Below, piece after piece: positions 63,665 through 64,000 of a DNA stretch of 64,000 nt. The notes beneath the pieces are model-generated. The model was not told the DNA's origin. It saw only the letters and a program-made list of their open reading frames with translations, and did no database searches. The stretch spans positions 52,377 to 116,376 of the forward strand of contig NIVC01003150.1 in the NCBI GenBank assembly GCA_002269645.1, read 5' to 3'. The DNA is from Macrostomum lignano. Lineage: Eukaryota. Numbering within the stretch: position 1 is the stretch's first letter; each line of letters begins with the position of its first letter. The position numbers and the translations under genes were made by a program.

Positions 63665-64000
63665 AAATTGGAGCCATTAATCGAAGGGATGGAGCGAGAG
63701 GAGGAGAGAGAGAGGGGAGCGGCTGGGAATAGGAGTGGGAGAGGGAGAGGGAGAGAGTGGGAGAGGGGAAAGAGAGAAGAGGGGAGAGGGTGAGAGAGGA
63801 AAGAGGGGGAGAATGGGAGAGGGGGAGAGAGAGGGGAGAAAGGGAGAGGGGGAGAGAGAGGGGAGAAAGGGAGAGGGGAGAGAGGGGAGAAAGGGAGAGG
63901 GGGAGAGAGAGGGAGAAAGGGAGAGGGGGAGAGAGAGGGGAGAAAGAGAGGGGAGAGAGAGGGAGAAAGGGAGAGGGGGAGAGAGAGGGGAGAAAGGGAG
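63665..64000 (+). repeat. GA-rich tandem repeat, runs off the window
   Basis: GGGAGAAAGGGAGAGGGGGAGAGA-type units. Confidence 0.93.

Overview
Eukaryotic (animal) genomic DNA. GC-rich exons, minisatellite-filled introns and many satellites resemble the flatworm Macrostomum; this is inferred from sequence style only. Five spliced genes can be rebuilt from GT-AG boundaries with consistent phases: ARHGAP19-like RhoGAP (+), MKK3/6-like kinase (+), SENP6/7-like SUMO protease (-), a divergent cullin (+) and a Q/A-rich C2H2 zinc-finger gene (-). Mobile DNA includes a very young full-length Ty3/Gypsy (identical 254-bp LTRs, 5-bp TSD), a Penelope-like element with inverted terminal repeats carrying hammerhead cores, two LINE fragments, a decayed mariner, a tRNA-derived SINE, a foldback-like element and a 111-bp MITE. 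The most unusual signal is a set of AT-rich, CpG-depleted, TA/CTAG-rich islands. Old repeats inside them have decayed almost only by C:G>T:A transitions, at CpA (TGG>TAG/TGA) as well as CpG, a RIP-like or non-CpG-methylation signature. Several 1-bp deletions in G/C runs look like assembly errors. All analysis was done by eye.
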